DNA of 64,000 nt from an uncultured virus (IMG/VR IMGVR_UViG_3300020578_000012). Its lineage: Duplodnaviria > Heunggongvirae > Uroviricota > Caudoviricetes. Positions 29,601 to 39,943 of the stretch are shown piece by piece (positions within the stretch are counted from its first letter, which is position 1; every line of letters starts with the position of its first letter). The notes beneath the pieces were generated by a model. It searched no databases, had not been told where the DNA came from, and saw only the letters and a list, made by a program, of their open reading frames with translations. The translations under genes and the position numbers were made by a program. The stretch lies in the IMG/VR virus record IMGVR_UViG_3300020578_000012. One strand, given 5' to 3'.

Positions 29601-29834
29601 CGTCGCATGGGCAAAGTAAATGATGTGTCGTCTAAAGATGGAAGAACATTGATTGGTTTAGAATTCAGACCATCATTGGTTGAAAATAGAATTTCCTATG
29701 TTGAAAATGGAAAAAATTATCCTGTTGGTGGTGTATTTAAATCATTTCAAATAAAGGTTTGTTTAATGACTGCAGATCCATCAGTTGTTCCAAAAATTAA
29801 AAACCTTCGTATAACTGCAGTTCCTGAGGGTTGA
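26622..29834 (+). CDS. VrlC/DUF4815-like protein, C-terminal part
   Basis: PYIRS..V.F.A.NLKP, FKTGER.F, L.QTF, G.FVSSVDLFF..K, F.FDDPVYL, LF.SQN.STW...Q..DL.F, ARYITR...L, P.IKNLR..A. Confidence 0.78.
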   Translation: MPTTNFGKVVVDTNMIPYIRSNEVEFAAHNLKPFKLSKLFFDDIGINMFCQAANRMLLDSKKVITLSRNNATTVTADDIVYQGTSNTVNTFNGIVESFYSANSTIVVRRLDGDFDKDAQLFIENVSTGFTYANCNVTSFVNKDTSDVFYPGEGVVATERNNGYATVISTSGENILYLNKDYISLNVTAVGANVITSMTNDFKVGDIVYQTFVGGASGSKRYDYATFRGVVKYYNPLGESGMGSIAIDPLHGKINVNAASSSSNGLAYLWNTSNPTAQPLGVKALNLADFASNSNVRSVTNSTIKINVSSYVHRSGVGTGIQGENTSVVILNSGSGLAPANGNLIYFVAGSGIGEIRRVVGLSANSVPGALQLNSAITFVPDATTHYSIGNFETDAHGSLSGVYHIPSVANFKFKTGERIFTITDTDTVADPDYTMRAAAIYSAGGILKSTQRIQTTPNLPPLPELDSDALVRPMSPADRTYNSSVNKSPVTGSTASTTPRVPLGDGLSQTFSTPKPEGNQTDYGIFVSSVDLFFKNKPAPGGFFNNSKLQKRSSMQLPVTVKIAEVQNGYPTKNYLSQKTIQAKDVNVSDLPSTSNSATLTKFTFDDPVYLEPSREYAITIQSDSPDYELYIAELGQDVLGASPPRRISEQPYAGVLFRSQNSSTWSPYQNQDLMFVINKAVFASSGTATFNLDETPMANTDVDRIMLVSTDLTFPAANVQYRLKGVYTSNTAYEAGSGVPLVPHKPIEYGLLGDASGKTGAALNRRRVLRGNANSYILTTELYTSNPNISPVINYDRLAAHLTTFYINNGGLSNTLISITNQGSGYNAITSTATANVHGSTLDSLNTYAQLYRETYLANSANIGFYNINVYGGGGVGCLGFAVANTEGTNTVDYIVLASGGGSFVETPNISIASGNATSTTQAYAIINGETDQRGGNMIARYITRETVLEDGFESGDLRVFMDVIRPAITDVQVYYKVVSADDVETISAKRWRRMGKVNDVSSKDGRTLIGLEFRPSLVENRISYVENGKNYPVGGVFKSFQIKVCLMTADPSVVPKIKNLRITAVPEG

Positions 29835-29836
29835 TT

Positions 29837-30064
29837 ATGAACGATCGTGCAAAAATTAAAGAAAAGCCAACTCTTATAAAAGATTTAAATAATTTTGCTA
29901 TTTTAAATACTGATAAAGCTGTTGTGGCTCAACATAGATTAAAAATGGCTGAGCTGGAAAGAAAAAAGAAGATGGAAACAGAAATAAATAACTTAAAGTC
30001 AGAAGTTTCCGAAATAAAAAATATGCTCGGCGATGTTTTAAAAGCCGTGAGCCGCGAGAAGTAA
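29837..30064 (+). CDS. Small coiled-coil virion-associated protein
   Basis: L.KD....AILNTD and EINNLKSEVSEIK.ML; a typical neighbour of VrlC-like genes. Confidence 0.65.
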   Translation: MNDRAKIKEKPTLIKDLNNFAILNTDKAVVAQHRLKMAELERKKKMETEINNLKSEVSEIKNMLGDVLKAVSREK

Positions 30065-30067
30065 TAA

Positions 30068-31462
30068 ATGGCAAATTCAACAAATGTTGCAATAATTTCG
30101 ACAGCAAATACATTTGATCAATGGCGCATTCGCGATAATTTACAAGCGAATGACGTAAATGAAATTGCGCGCGGAAATTTTACAAAACCAACTGGTAATG
30201 TTATTATTACAGATGGTTTCTTGCTGCTAGATAAAGCAACTGGAACAACATTAACTGTAGATGCGAATGCTCGAGTCAGTGGATTAATGTCTGTTGACTC
30301 AGTCGAAACTGATGATGATGGATATATTTTAGTTCAATCTGGTAATGTTGCAATGAGTAATCGCGCTTCTGGCGCATTATTTCAAGCAAACATTAATGTC
30401 AAGTTTGATTCAGCCAATGTTGTTTTCTCAAATTCAAATGTGCATTTTACTAATAGCAGTCAAAATGCTATTTTAAATATCAAACCAAATACAATCTTTC
30501 AGACGAATGTCAATGTAGATGGTGTGTTGTATGTTGCAACATCAGCAAATTTATTCATTGCAAATATTACCAATGTACATGCATCAAATATTCGTATAGA
30601 CAGTGATCCGACTTATTATATTCAGAATGGTAATAGTGTATTCAATGATGTGCAGGTTAGAGGAAATCTAACTGTTCTTGGATCATCGGTTAACGACAGC
30701 GACACTCTAGTTTTACGACAAAACGTTGCTAGTGATGGCGATGGCATCTTCAGAATAAAGCGTGGATCTTCTGGTAAAGGTAATGCAGAACTTAAATTTA
30801 TTGCAGCTTCTGAAGTTTGGCAAGCAACAGCGAATGCCAATGGATCCCCAACACATGTAACAATATTAACCACGCAAAATGTTACAGATTCAGTTGTATC
30901 AACAAGTACAGTAAATGCAGCTGCTCCTAATTCTGTAAAAACAGCATATGATCAAGCCACTAATGCACGAGACCAAGCAAACACTGCTCGCGATCAAGCG
31001 AATACAGCTCGCGATCAAGCCAACACGGCTCGTGATACTGCCAATGGCGCGTATGGACAAGCGAATGGAGCATACACGCAGGCTAATGGCGCTTATGCGC
31101 AAGCCAACGGAGCATATGGACAAGCCAATGGCGCTTATGCACACGCCAACGTCGTATACGCGCAAGCAAATGCAGCATACGATCAAGCAAATGGTGCATA
31201 TGGACAGGCTAATGGCGCTTATGCGCAAGCCAACGGTGCTTATGCACAAGCGAACAATGCTGCTAATACGGTTGCAACTTTTGCTAATGGCACGCTAGTT
31301 TTGGCTGCTAGCAATTTGAACTTTAATAACACAGCCAGCATTGATATTACTATCACAGCGAATGGTGTAACTCAAACAAATGTTGAGTTTTCTTTGAATC
31401 CGACTTCGGCTGTTCCGCATTATCTAGTCAATTTCGCATTAGAAAATTTAGACATAACTTAA
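30068..31462 (+). CDS. Tail fibre protein 1 with QANxAxx heptad stalk
   Basis: N-terminal NTFDQWR attachment-type motif, AAPNSVKTAYD, heptad repeats. Confidence 0.7.
   Translation: MANSTNVAIISTANTFDQWRIRDNLQANDVNEIARGNFTKPTGNVIITDGFLLLDKATGTTLTVDANARVSGLMSVDSVETDDDGYILVQSGNVAMSNRASGALFQANINVKFDSANVVFSNSNVHFTNSSQNAILNIKPNTIFQTNVNVDGVLYVATSANLFIANITNVHASNIRIDSDPTYYIQNGNSVFNDVQVRGNLTVLGSSVNDSDTLVLRQNVASDGDGIFRIKRGSSGKGNAELKFIAASEVWQATANANGSPTHVTILTTQNVTDSVVSTSTVNAAAPNSVKTAYDQATNARDQANTARDQANTARDQANTARDTANGAYGQANGAYTQANGAYAQANGAYGQANGAYAHANVVYAQANAAYDQANGAYGQANGAYAQANGAYAQANNAANTVATFANGTLVLAASNLNFNNTASIDITITANGVTQTNVEFSLNPTSAVPHYLVNFALENLDIT
30945..31262 (+). repeat. Degenerate 21-nt coding repeats (QANTARD / QANGAYA)
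   Basis: Directly visible in both DNA and protein. Confidence 0.9.
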
Positions 31463-31480
31463 ACTGAAAACCATGCGATA

Positions 31481-31488
31481 TATAAATA
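31481..31488 (+). promoter_or_regulatory. Late promoter TATAAATA
   Basis: Exact consensus in the intergenic gap upstream of 31542. Confidence 0.75.
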
Positions 31489-31541
31489 AGAAGTATTTTG
31501 AATTTAATTTGTAATTATCAATCTCTAGAGGAATTTCTAAT

Positions 31542-31928
31542 ATGGCAACAGCAGCACAATATGCAGCAGTACCAAGAACAGCAATACAAGTATTAGGTTC
31601 TGCAAACGCAAACAGAAACGGAACTGGCGTTGTAAACATTGTATTCACGGCAAACGCTACCTCAGGCTCGCGTATTGACGATATCTTTGTAAATGCAACG
31701 GGAACAACCACTGCAGGCGTTATCAGACTTTATGTGTCTGATGGCACAAATATTAATCTTTGGCAAGAAACTCTTGTTACTGCAACTACACCAAGCACCA
31801 CAGTGCAAACTTTTAATTTCTCGTTAATTAACCAAGGTCTTATTCTTGCTCCAGGATGGTCTTTGCGCGCTAGTACAAATGCCGCAGAAACATTCCATGT
31901 TGTTGTAACTCGTGCAGGAGATTTCTAA
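31542..31928 (+). CDS. Small beta-rich fibre adaptor-like protein
   Basis: 128 aa; GSRIDDI, VIRLYVSDG, LILAPGWSLRAS; sits between a fibre gene and the Gly-rich gene. Confidence 0.55.
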   Translation: MATAAQYAAVPRTAIQVLGSANANRNGTGVVNIVFTANATSGSRIDDIFVNATGTTTAGVIRLYVSDGTNINLWQETLVTATTPSTTVQTFNFSLINQGLILAPGWSLRASTNAAETFHVVVTRAGDF

Positions 31929-33238
31929 TGAATAACGGTGGTTTTCTAGGATTTGGAAAAGGTGCGCCAAATCTCGCTACTCCAATTGCACGATACATTC
32001 AGTCACCTGTTTATTATTCGTCCATAACAATTAAAGCTCCACCAGGCACAAAACAAATTCATGCTTGGCTAGTTGGTGGTGGTGGTGGTACTGGATCAAA
32101 TCATAAAACAGCCACTCAGATGCCTCAGTATCATCAAGATCATCAAGAAGGTTTTTCAACACCAGGTGGTGGTGGATTTGGTGGTGCAGCATGTTTTGAT
32201 CTTCCAGTTACAACTGATCCGATCGTAGTAACTATAGGTGCTGGTGGTGCTGGTGCTGTAGGTGGCACTTCATCTATTACAATTGGTGGTATGGTTTATG
32301 CACAAATAGGTGGTGGTGCACCTGGTAATCACGGTGATAGGGGTTATTTCGGTGGTGGTGGAGGTGGTGGTATTTTTCAAGGGAGTAATACCCATAGAGC
32401 AGAATATCAGCAGACGTCAGGAAGCACACATTTCGGTTATGGTACCGCTGGCGGCGAACCACCATACAGTAACAGAGGTGGTCCTCGAGTACTTTCTTGG
32501 TTGTATCCAGAAGGTCAGCGCGATCCAGGCACGAGTCCGTCGCACGTCCCTGGGATGCCTTTCTTTTTAAGTGGTGGTGCACATTTGCAAGGCGGAACTC
32601 AAGCGAATCCGTCTCACGCACCAGGACATCATCAATCAGCGATTACCCATATAGGGATTCCATTATTGCCTGTCCCAATAGGTTCGGCTGTCAAAGCATT
32701 AGATAATCGAAGTCAACAGCAAGCATCTCCGAATGAACATACATCTAATTCTACCGCAGCAGGCAGAAATGGATGGTTTGGTGCTGGTGGCTTTGGTGCC
32801 AGCGCAGGTACACAAGCAACTCCATTAGGATATGGCGCAGGTGGTGGCGCTGGTAGTCACTCGACAGGTGGAGCAGGCAATCATGGTGGCGGTGGTGGCG
32901 GTCCAGGTAATAATTACAATCACGCTACCTTTAATCCTTTTGGCGGAGTTGGTGCAGGTGGATCTTTCCCATCTACTCCTCATCTTTGGGGATTAAGAAC
33001 TGGTCAAGCAAGTGGTTCTGGTGGTGCTGGATTGTTTACTAATAGCACTACTCAAAACGGCGGCGCGGGTGGTGGTGGTGCAGGAGGTCAAAATCAAACT
33101 CAAGGATCTCAGCAACAACACAGTAATACAGATCACTGGGCTGGGCAAGCACAACAACATAGTCATACTGGTGGCGGCATCACTCAGGGTACGCCAACTG
33201 GTGGCGGTGGCTGCGCCGTGTTCCGTTTTTACATCTAA
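31928..33238 (+). CDS. Glycine-rich putative receptor-binding/adhesin protein
   Basis: LVGGGGG, GGGGFGGA, VTIGAGG, many polyGly motifs separated by variable loops, terminal GGGGCAVFRF. Confidence 0.65.
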   Translation: MNNGGFLGFGKGAPNLATPIARYIQSPVYYSSITIKAPPGTKQIHAWLVGGGGGTGSNHKTATQMPQYHQDHQEGFSTPGGGGFGGAACFDLPVTTDPIVVTIGAGGAGAVGGTSSITIGGMVYAQIGGGAPGNHGDRGYFGGGGGGGIFQGSNTHRAEYQQTSGSTHFGYGTAGGEPPYSNRGGPRVLSWLYPEGQRDPGTSPSHVPGMPFFLSGGAHLQGGTQANPSHAPGHHQSAITHIGIPLLPVPIGSAVKALDNRSQQQASPNEHTSNSTAAGRNGWFGAGGFGASAGTQATPLGYGAGGGAGSHSTGGAGNHGGGGGGPGNNYNHATFNPFGGVGAGGSFPSTPHLWGLRTGQASGSGGAGLFTNSTTQNGGAGGGGAGGQNQTQGSQQQHSNTDHWAGQAQQHSHTGGGITQGTPTGGGGCAVFRFYI

Positions 33239-33264
33239 TTTCGATTTTAATCCAGGTAAATAAA

Positions 33265-34059
33265 ATGTCTAAAAGATTTGCGATTATAGAAGAAAATTTG
33301 GTTGTAAATGTTGTTTTGGCTGATGATGATTCACTCGCTAAAGAAAATGAAACTTGGGTAGACATCACAGAATATATTTCTCACATACCAGCAATAGGAT
33401 GGTCTTATACTAATAATAAGTTTTGCAAATCTCCTTCAGCTCTAGCTCTTAGAGAAGATAGTGTGACTTACAAAATTAAAACAAGTCCTCTTTTAGAAAA
33501 TCAAACTCTTTCTTTTGGGGATTGGATTTATCAAGGAAATAGTTATGACAAATTCGTATTTTCTGGATTTGTAAAATCATATGATGCAAATACAAGGTTT
33601 TTACTTTATTATGATAAAGAGGGGTCCATAAATCCGAATGTTGCAATCTCAACCGTTAATTTTGATTTTACGTTGGAGACATTTCTAGCACGTCCTGGAA
33701 TAAATCCATATTCCTTTAATTCGCCCGCACAACTTGCAGGTGTGGTGGCAAATACAAATCAAGTTCTTACTTTTGAAAAACCATGGTACCCAGCACCCAT
33801 AAAAATACCAGCGATCATTACAAAATTAGGATTTCGTATGAGAATGACTAATTTGGAATATGCTGGCATACTAGAATCAGCAAAAACTGACTCTTTAGTT
33901 CAAGCATGGGTAGAAACTTTTAATATGATGACTATTTTAGATTTAGAAAACACTAATGTCAAAAGCGATATGGAGATGTTGGTTGAAAAGGGATTAATTA
34001 CTCCAGATAGATCACTAGTGATCTTAAATAAACAAATCCAACCAAACGAAATGCCATAA
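33265..34059 (+). CDS. Tail-fibre assembly/chaperone-like protein
   Basis: N-terminal FAIIE...VVNVVLAD; C-terminal ITKL.FR.R.T..E...I / L...GLIT..R...IL; follows the Gly-rich gene. Confidence 0.55.
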   Translation: MSKRFAIIEENLVVNVVLADDDSLAKENETWVDITEYISHIPAIGWSYTNNKFCKSPSALALREDSVTYKIKTSPLLENQTLSFGDWIYQGNSYDKFVFSGFVKSYDANTRFLLYYDKEGSINPNVAISTVNFDFTLETFLARPGINPYSFNSPAQLAGVVANTNQVLTFEKPWYPAPIKIPAIITKLGFRMRMTNLEYAGILESAKTDSLVQAWVETFNMMTILDLENTNVKSDMEMLVEKGLITPDRSLVILNKQIQPNEMP

Positions 34060-34094
34060 TTTATCATAAGTAAAAACACCAAGTATTGCTTATG

Positions 34095-34102
34095 ACTAAA
34101 TA
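34095..34102 (+). promoter_or_regulatory. Late promoter variant ACTAAATA
   Basis: Intergenic; the same variant recurs at 48098, 52099 and 56875. Confidence 0.6.
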
Positions 34103-34131
34103 TTCAAAACGCTGTGTTTTGAGGAATTTAA

Positions 34132-34467
34132 ATGGCGAATCAAGTAGAATTGTATTGCGATCAAGGCACAGATTTTTCGTATGCAATAGATTTAAGCAAC
34201 GATGATAACTCGCCTATCAACGTTGCACTTTACACATTTTCTTCTTCAATTCGAAAGTCCTTTTATTCTTCTGGTGTAACTGCCAATTTAACTATTACAG
34301 TTTTAGATTCTGCGAATGGTAATGTACAAATTTCTATGAATGCTGCCACAACGGCTAATATAAAAGCTGGCAGATATCTCTATGACGTGAAAATGAAAAC
34401 TAATAACAATGTTACGTCTAGAGTTATAGAGGGTATTATTACAGTTTATCCGCAGATTACTAAATGA
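34132..34467 (+). CDS. Small virion protein (Ig-like/BppU-N-like fibre anchor)
   Basis: DQGTDF, T...KAGRY.YDV, RVIEGIITV.P. Confidence 0.6.
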   Translation: MANQVELYCDQGTDFSYAIDLSNDDNSPINVALYTFSSSIRKSFYSSGVTANLTITVLDSANGNVQISMNAATTANIKAGRYLYDVKMKTNNNVTSRVIEGIITVYPQITK

Positions 34468-37400
34468 AGATAACAGTTGGATCAACAAGTAATCTAGTAT
34501 TTCAACCAGCAACTGATCGCGGCAAATCAGCCAAGATAACAATCAGCAGTGGTGGCGGTGGTGATGCTGGATCAGCTTACGGTCAAGCCAATGCCGCCAG
34601 AGGACAAGCAAACAGTGCTTATTCTCAAGCAAATGGCGCCTATAATGTAGCCAATGCTGCTTATAATGCAGCAAATAATGCGCAAGTAACAGTATACGCA
34701 AACAGTGCATCTGGCGTTACAACACAAAATATTAATTTTGTTAATACTTCAACGATAACAGTTGAAGTTTCTTCTAGCGGATCTAATGCCAACGTAGCAT
34801 TTACTGCAGTTAGTGGCGCTGCTTATGATCAAGCAAACGCCGCGAGAGGACAGGCAAATAGCGCTCGCACAACTGCTAATGGTGCATACAATCAAGCCAA
34901 TGGAGCCTATGCTCAGGCTAATGACGCTTACGCACAAGCAAACAATGCATATGATGCTGCAAATAATCGTGTATTGAGAGCTGGCGATACAATGACTGGC
35001 AATCTGACCATGTCAGGCGCCACAATCAATGCTGCCACTGCAAATATTAGCACCATTGTCACTGGAAATACACTACTATTATCAACAGGTATTGGATCTA
35101 ATAGTGATGTAACGATAAATGCGAATGGTAATTATACTTGGACGTTTAGAGCCAATGGGTTGTTAGACTTGCCAGGTAATATCACGAATTTCACAGCATG
35201 CAGTGCAATTAATTTTGTTGCGGACAGTTCTGGTGATGGTTATGAATATTCAACAATTGAAATTCGACCAGACAGCGGTGCAACATTAGATCAATATCTA
35301 ATTATTGATCCGACTGCACCAAATCATATTCACATTCGTGCTGGTGGGCAACAAGATAATTCAAATGCTGAATTATATATTGGTGGCGAGAATAGTTATT
35401 TTAAAGTTGATGATGGCGAAAATCCATCAATATCGATTGCTTCGAATAATTATTTTTGGACATTTGATACTGATGGAAAATTAACTATACCTGGCGACAT
35501 TATTCCAAGTCAAAATTTAACATGGAATCTTGGTTCACCAACAAATAAATTTAACGATTTGTATATTGGTGGTAACACAGTATATATTGGCGAGGCGATA
35601 CTTTCTACAAATGGCGACACTGTTACAACCAACACTTTCATTGCAGAACTAGCCTTTGAAAGTGGTGGATTAAATGTTCTAACTCAAGCAAATACTGCTC
35701 GCGATCAAGCCAACAACGCTTATGGCGTTTCAAATGCCGCTTATGGACAAGCAAATGCAGCATATGCTGAAGCAAATACGAAACTTCCATTAGTTGGTGG
35801 TACAATTTCAGGTGACTTGATTGTTTCTGGCAATCTTGTAGTATCTGGAAATAGTACAACACTCAACACTGAAATTCTCATTGTTGAAGACGCAGACATT
35901 GTTCTTCTATCAAATGTAACATCAACACCTGCATTGAATGCTGGCTTGATAATTAATCGCGGCACTTCTCCAAATACATTCTTAAGATGGGCTGAAGATG
36001 TTGATAAATGGGGTTGGTCGGATGATGGCTCAACCTTCTACTCATTTGATACTTCTCTTAACGCATATGCTCAAGCCAACAATGCCAGAGATCAAGCGAA
36101 TACTGCTAGAACACAGGCTAACACTGCATACGGACAAGCGAACGATGCTTATGGACAGGCTAATACAGCGCGCAATCAAGCAAATACTGCCTATGGACAA
36201 GCCAACGCAGCGTATGGGCAAGCCAACGCAGCGTATGGGCAAGCCAACGCAGCGTATGGGCAAGCAAATAGTGCTCGCGATCAAGCCAACACTGCAAGAA
36301 CAACTGCCAATGATGCATATAATACAGCAAATACGAAGGTAAGTAAATCTGGCGATACAATGACTGGTGATCTAACGATCAATACAGTACTGTATGCAAA
36401 TCAAGCCAATATCACAACAACATTGAATGTTGGTACATCAATTGTCATAGGAACAGGTGGAGCTGCTGGTGATATCACTGGCGCGAATGCTATTTTCGCA
36501 GAATCATTCTTCACAAATGATGGAATCAATCTAGCAACTTCAGCAGCAACCAGCACAGCTGCATACGTTCAAGCAAATAATGCGCGCGATCAAGCAAACA
36601 CTGCTCGTGGCACTGCCAATGATGCTTATGGACAGGCTAACACTGCTAGAGATCAAGCGAATACTGCTAGAACTACTGCAAATGATTCGTATGCTCAAGC
36701 AAACACCGCTAGAGATCAAGCGAATACATCACGTGATCAAGCGAATACTGCTCGCGACCAAGCCAACACTGCTCGCGACCAAGCCAACACTGCTAGAGAT
36801 CAAGCGAATACTGCAAGAACACAAGCGAATACAGCGCGGAATCAAGCAAATACTGCATATGAAAGTGCTAATACTAAATCAGAATCGCCAGCCGTAACTT
36901 ATTATGTTCAAGCATATGCACCAAATCCTGGCGGCAGTTCAACTTATTATTTTAGATTTCGTTATCCTAACGGAACAGGCGACAATACTATTAGTGGAGA
37001 TTTGTTGTATGGCTATAATGATGAGACTGGTGTTGGTGAAGACGAAGATAGTCCAACAATTGTCTTGCATCCTGGCACAACAGTTAAATTTGTTTTAAGT
37101 GATTTGAATCCAGACACTGGCGCTGGATTACAAGTTTTTGCTGTTCAAACATTTATAGCTGGAGTATATTCTCATGTAACATCAGGAATATATCATATAG
37201 CCACAAATGGTAACATAACAACAGGTAAAGGTTTCGCTGATTCTGGTACTATTGTTTGGACAATTCCACAAAATGTGCCTGGCACAACACAATATATCTA
37301 TCGAAGTCCATCCAATAATGATGGTGTTCAAGGACAATTCCGAATAGCAACATATGCTGCTCCTGCATCTTTACAAGCCAATACTGCTCGCGATCAAGCG

Positions 37401-39902
37401 AACACAGCAAGAACTCAAGCAAACACTGCTCGCGATACTAGTAACAATTCATATGTGCAAGCAAACAGCGCTTATGATCAGGCGAATACTGCTCGCAATA
37501 CTGCAAACAATGCCTATGTTCAAGCGAATGGTGCGTATGCACAAGCAAATAATGCAGCAAATACTGCAAGAGTTTCAGCGAACAGTGGATCAACACTAGA
37601 CGCAAAACATCTTAATTTCATTAATTCAGCAAGTGTGTTTGTTTCTGTTACTCCTTCTGGAGACGGAACTAATGCGAATATTTCATTTATAACTTCTGGT
37701 GCGTCAATTGGCGATGCTTATGTTCAAGCCAACGCAGCAAGAGATCAGGCGAACACTGCACGTGAACAAGCGAATACAGCAAGAACGCAAGCCAATACTG
37801 CTCGCGACACTGGCAATAATGCATATGCTCAAGCGAATTCTGATTATATGTCAGCTGAAGCATATAGTATTACTGTTACTGAACCAAACCCCGTAGGATT
37901 TGTATTCAGAACATTTGAAGATGGCGGCTCCAGTGGTGCCGTATACACTGCCTGGGATAGTCCCGCGACGCAAGCAAATCCAAGTCTATGGCTTCGACCT
38001 GGCAGCACTATTGCATTTAGATTAGTTGATTTGGTATCTCCATTAAACGGACCTCAAGGTTTTGCACTTTATTCTGATTCTTATACCAGCCTAGTATCTT
38101 CTGGATTAACTCATGTCGCGCTTGACGGTACACTAAGTGTTGGTACAAGTGCACAAAACAAACAAACTGGCACGTTATACTGGACAATACCATCATCAGC
38201 TGCTGGTTCAACTTATTATTATGGATCCAATCAGGGGAACGGAAACCTTTATCGTGGACAATTCTATGTAGATTATTATGCTGCTAGTGTACGAAATCTA
38301 GCAATGGATGCATTTAATCAAGCAAACACTGCTCGCGACCAAGCGAACACTGCAAGAACACAAGCAAATAATTCGTACCTTCAAGCAAATACCGCTCGAG
38401 ATCAAGCGAACACTGCCAGAGATCAAGCGAATACTGCTCGTGGTCAAGCAAATAACGCTTACGCCGAAGCCAATCTTAAATTAAATCTAACTGGCGGTAC
38501 GATAAATGGATCGTTAAATATTTCTGGTAACTTATTTGTTACTGGCAATACGACATTTATTAATACATCAACGTATACAGTTGATGATCCACTAATTTAT
38601 CTAGCTGCAAATAATATACTCACTGATATTGTTGATATTGGATTTGTCGGCGCTAAAAACTCAGGCTCATCAGTAACGCATACTGGTTTCGCGCGCGATG
38701 CTGGTGACGGAATATGGTATTTGTTTGATAACCTAGCAAATTCTGGTCATGAGAATAATGTGATCGACTTTGCGAATACTTCACTCGCAACTCTTCGAGC
38801 AAATATTGATGCAAATAGTATCACTCTTGTGAGTAATACTGTTGCTACACATGCTAATTTAATTTTTGCATTTAATCAAGCAAACACTGCGCGTGATACA
38901 GCAAATAATTCTTATGCTCAAGCAAATGTAGCACGCGATACTGCGAATGGTGCCTATGTGCAAGCAAATGGTGCTTATGCTCAGGCAAATGGTGCGTACA
39001 ATCAGGCGAATGGTGCTTATGCTCAGGCGAATGGTGCTTATGCTCAGGCGAATGGTGCTTATAATCAGGCGAATGGTGCTTATGCTCAGGCGAATGGTGC
39101 ATATAATCAAGCCAATAATTCTGCGAACACGGTTCGTGTTTATGCAAACAGCGCTGGTGAACTTTCAAATAAATTCCTAAACTTCATCAATACTGCAAGT
39201 ATTCAAGTCGATGTCAGTAGCGTTGATGGAAATGCAAATATAGCCTTTAATACGACTGGTGCTGCAGTTGCTGACGCTTATGCTCAAGCAAACATAGCAC
39301 GCAATACCTCTAATAGTGCATATGCTCAAGCAAATAACGCATATAATGCAGCTAATAATGCAACGGTAAGAGTCTCAGCCAATTCAGGATCCATAACTGT
39401 AACACCTAATATCAATTTCATCAATACATCAACTGTTTCCGTTTCTGTTGTATCTGGCGATAATGGTAATGCAAATGTTTCGTTAATATCTTCTGGATCG
39501 CAACAGTTTACATATGATACAACAACTACCTCTGCCGAAACAGTTGACAGTTGGTCAGCTTCGACTTATAGAAGTGGTAGATATCAAATGCAAGTGGAAA
39601 ACCTATTTGGGTTTTTGGCACTTGAAATTATGCTGTTACATGATGGGGCAACGACAAATTTGGTCAAATATGCTGAAACAACTATTGGTAGTGGTGTTGG
39701 TACATTCTCTTCAGATATTAGCAGTGGATTGGTCAGACTTCGATTTACACCGAATGATCCAACTTCACAATTAACTTACTATAAATCATTGTTAACCAGT
39801 AGAATATCATCAGACGCGTTGCCAATCGATTTAATGACTGGATCAATAGTATTTGATTTAATGAACAGCTTCTCACTATCCCCATCAGACTTAAATGCAT
39901 AA
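34464..39902 (+). CDS. Long modular tail fibre 2 (heptad stalks, beta modules, two cupredoxin-like domains lacking Cu ligands)
   Basis: 1812 aa; QANxAxx arrays; GDTMTG and G.L.V.GN.T motifs; C-terminal D.W....YRS..Y...E..LLHDG domain. Confidence 0.75.
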   Translation: MKITVGSTSNLVFQPATDRGKSAKITISSGGGGDAGSAYGQANAARGQANSAYSQANGAYNVANAAYNAANNAQVTVYANSASGVTTQNINFVNTSTITVEVSSSGSNANVAFTAVSGAAYDQANAARGQANSARTTANGAYNQANGAYAQANDAYAQANNAYDAANNRVLRAGDTMTGNLTMSGATINAATANISTIVTGNTLLLSTGIGSNSDVTINANGNYTWTFRANGLLDLPGNITNFTACSAINFVADSSGDGYEYSTIEIRPDSGATLDQYLIIDPTAPNHIHIRAGGQQDNSNAELYIGGENSYFKVDDGENPSISIASNNYFWTFDTDGKLTIPGDIIPSQNLTWNLGSPTNKFNDLYIGGNTVYIGEAILSTNGDTVTTNTFIAELAFESGGLNVLTQANTARDQANNAYGVSNAAYGQANAAYAEANTKLPLVGGTISGDLIVSGNLVVSGNSTTLNTEILIVEDADIVLLSNVTSTPALNAGLIINRGTSPNTFLRWAEDVDKWGWSDDGSTFYSFDTSLNAYAQANNARDQANTARTQANTAYGQANDAYGQANTARNQANTAYGQANAAYGQANAAYGQANAAYGQANSARDQANTARTTANDAYNTANTKVSKSGDTMTGDLTINTVLYANQANITTTLNVGTSIVIGTGGAAGDITGANAIFAESFFTNDGINLATSAATSTAAYVQANNARDQANTARGTANDAYGQANTARDQANTARTTANDSYAQANTARDQANTSRDQANTARDQANTARDQANTARDQANTARTQANTARNQANTAYESANTKSESPAVTYYVQAYAPNPGGSSTYYFRFRYPNGTGDNTISGDLLYGYNDETGVGEDEDSPTIVLHPGTTVKFVLSDLNPDTGAGLQVFAVQTFIAGVYSHVTSGIYHIATNGNITTGKGFADSGTIVWTIPQNVPGTTQYIYRSPSNNDGVQGQFRIATYAAPASLQANTARDQANTARTQANTARDTSNNSYVQANSAYDQANTARNTANNAYVQANGAYAQANNAANTARVSANSGSTLDAKHLNFINSASVFVSVTPSGDGTNANISFITSGASIGDAYVQANAARDQANTAREQANTARTQANTARDTGNNAYAQANSDYMSAEAYSITVTEPNPVGFVFRTFEDGGSSGAVYTAWDSPATQANPSLWLRPGSTIAFRLVDLVSPLNGPQGFALYSDSYTSLVSSGLTHVALDGTLSVGTSAQNKQTGTLYWTIPSSAAGSTYYYGSNQGNGNLYRGQFYVDYYAASVRNLAMDAFNQANTARDQANTARTQANNSYLQANTARDQANTARDQANTARGQANNAYAEANLKLNLTGGTINGSLNISGNLFVTGNTTFINTSTYTVDDPLIYLAANNILTDIVDIGFVGAKNSGSSVTHTGFARDAGDGIWYLFDNLANSGHENNVIDFANTSLATLRANIDANSITLVSNTVATHANLIFAFNQANTARDTANNSYAQANVARDTANGAYVQANGAYAQANGAYNQANGAYAQANGAYAQANGAYNQANGAYAQANGAYNQANNSANTVRVYANSAGELSNKFLNFINTASIQVDVSSVDGNANIAFNTTGAAVADAYAQANIARNTSNSAYAQANNAYNAANNATVRVSANSGSITVTPNINFINTSTVSVSVVSGDNGNANVSLISSGSQQFTYDTTTTSAETVDSWSASTYRSGRYQMQVENLFGFLALEIMLLHDGATTNLVKYAETTIGSGVGTFSSDISSGLVRLRFTPNDPTSQLTYYKSLLTSRISSDALPIDLMTGSIVFDLMNSFSLSPSDLNA

Positions 39903-39910
39903 TTGAAAAT

Positions 39911-39918
39911 AATAAATA
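39911..39918 (+). promoter_or_regulatory. Late promoter variant AATAAATA
   Basis: Intergenic upstream of 39944; the same variant occurs at 43377 and 49840. Confidence 0.55.
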
Positions 39919-39943
39919 AAGGTACTTCATAGAGAGATCTTAA

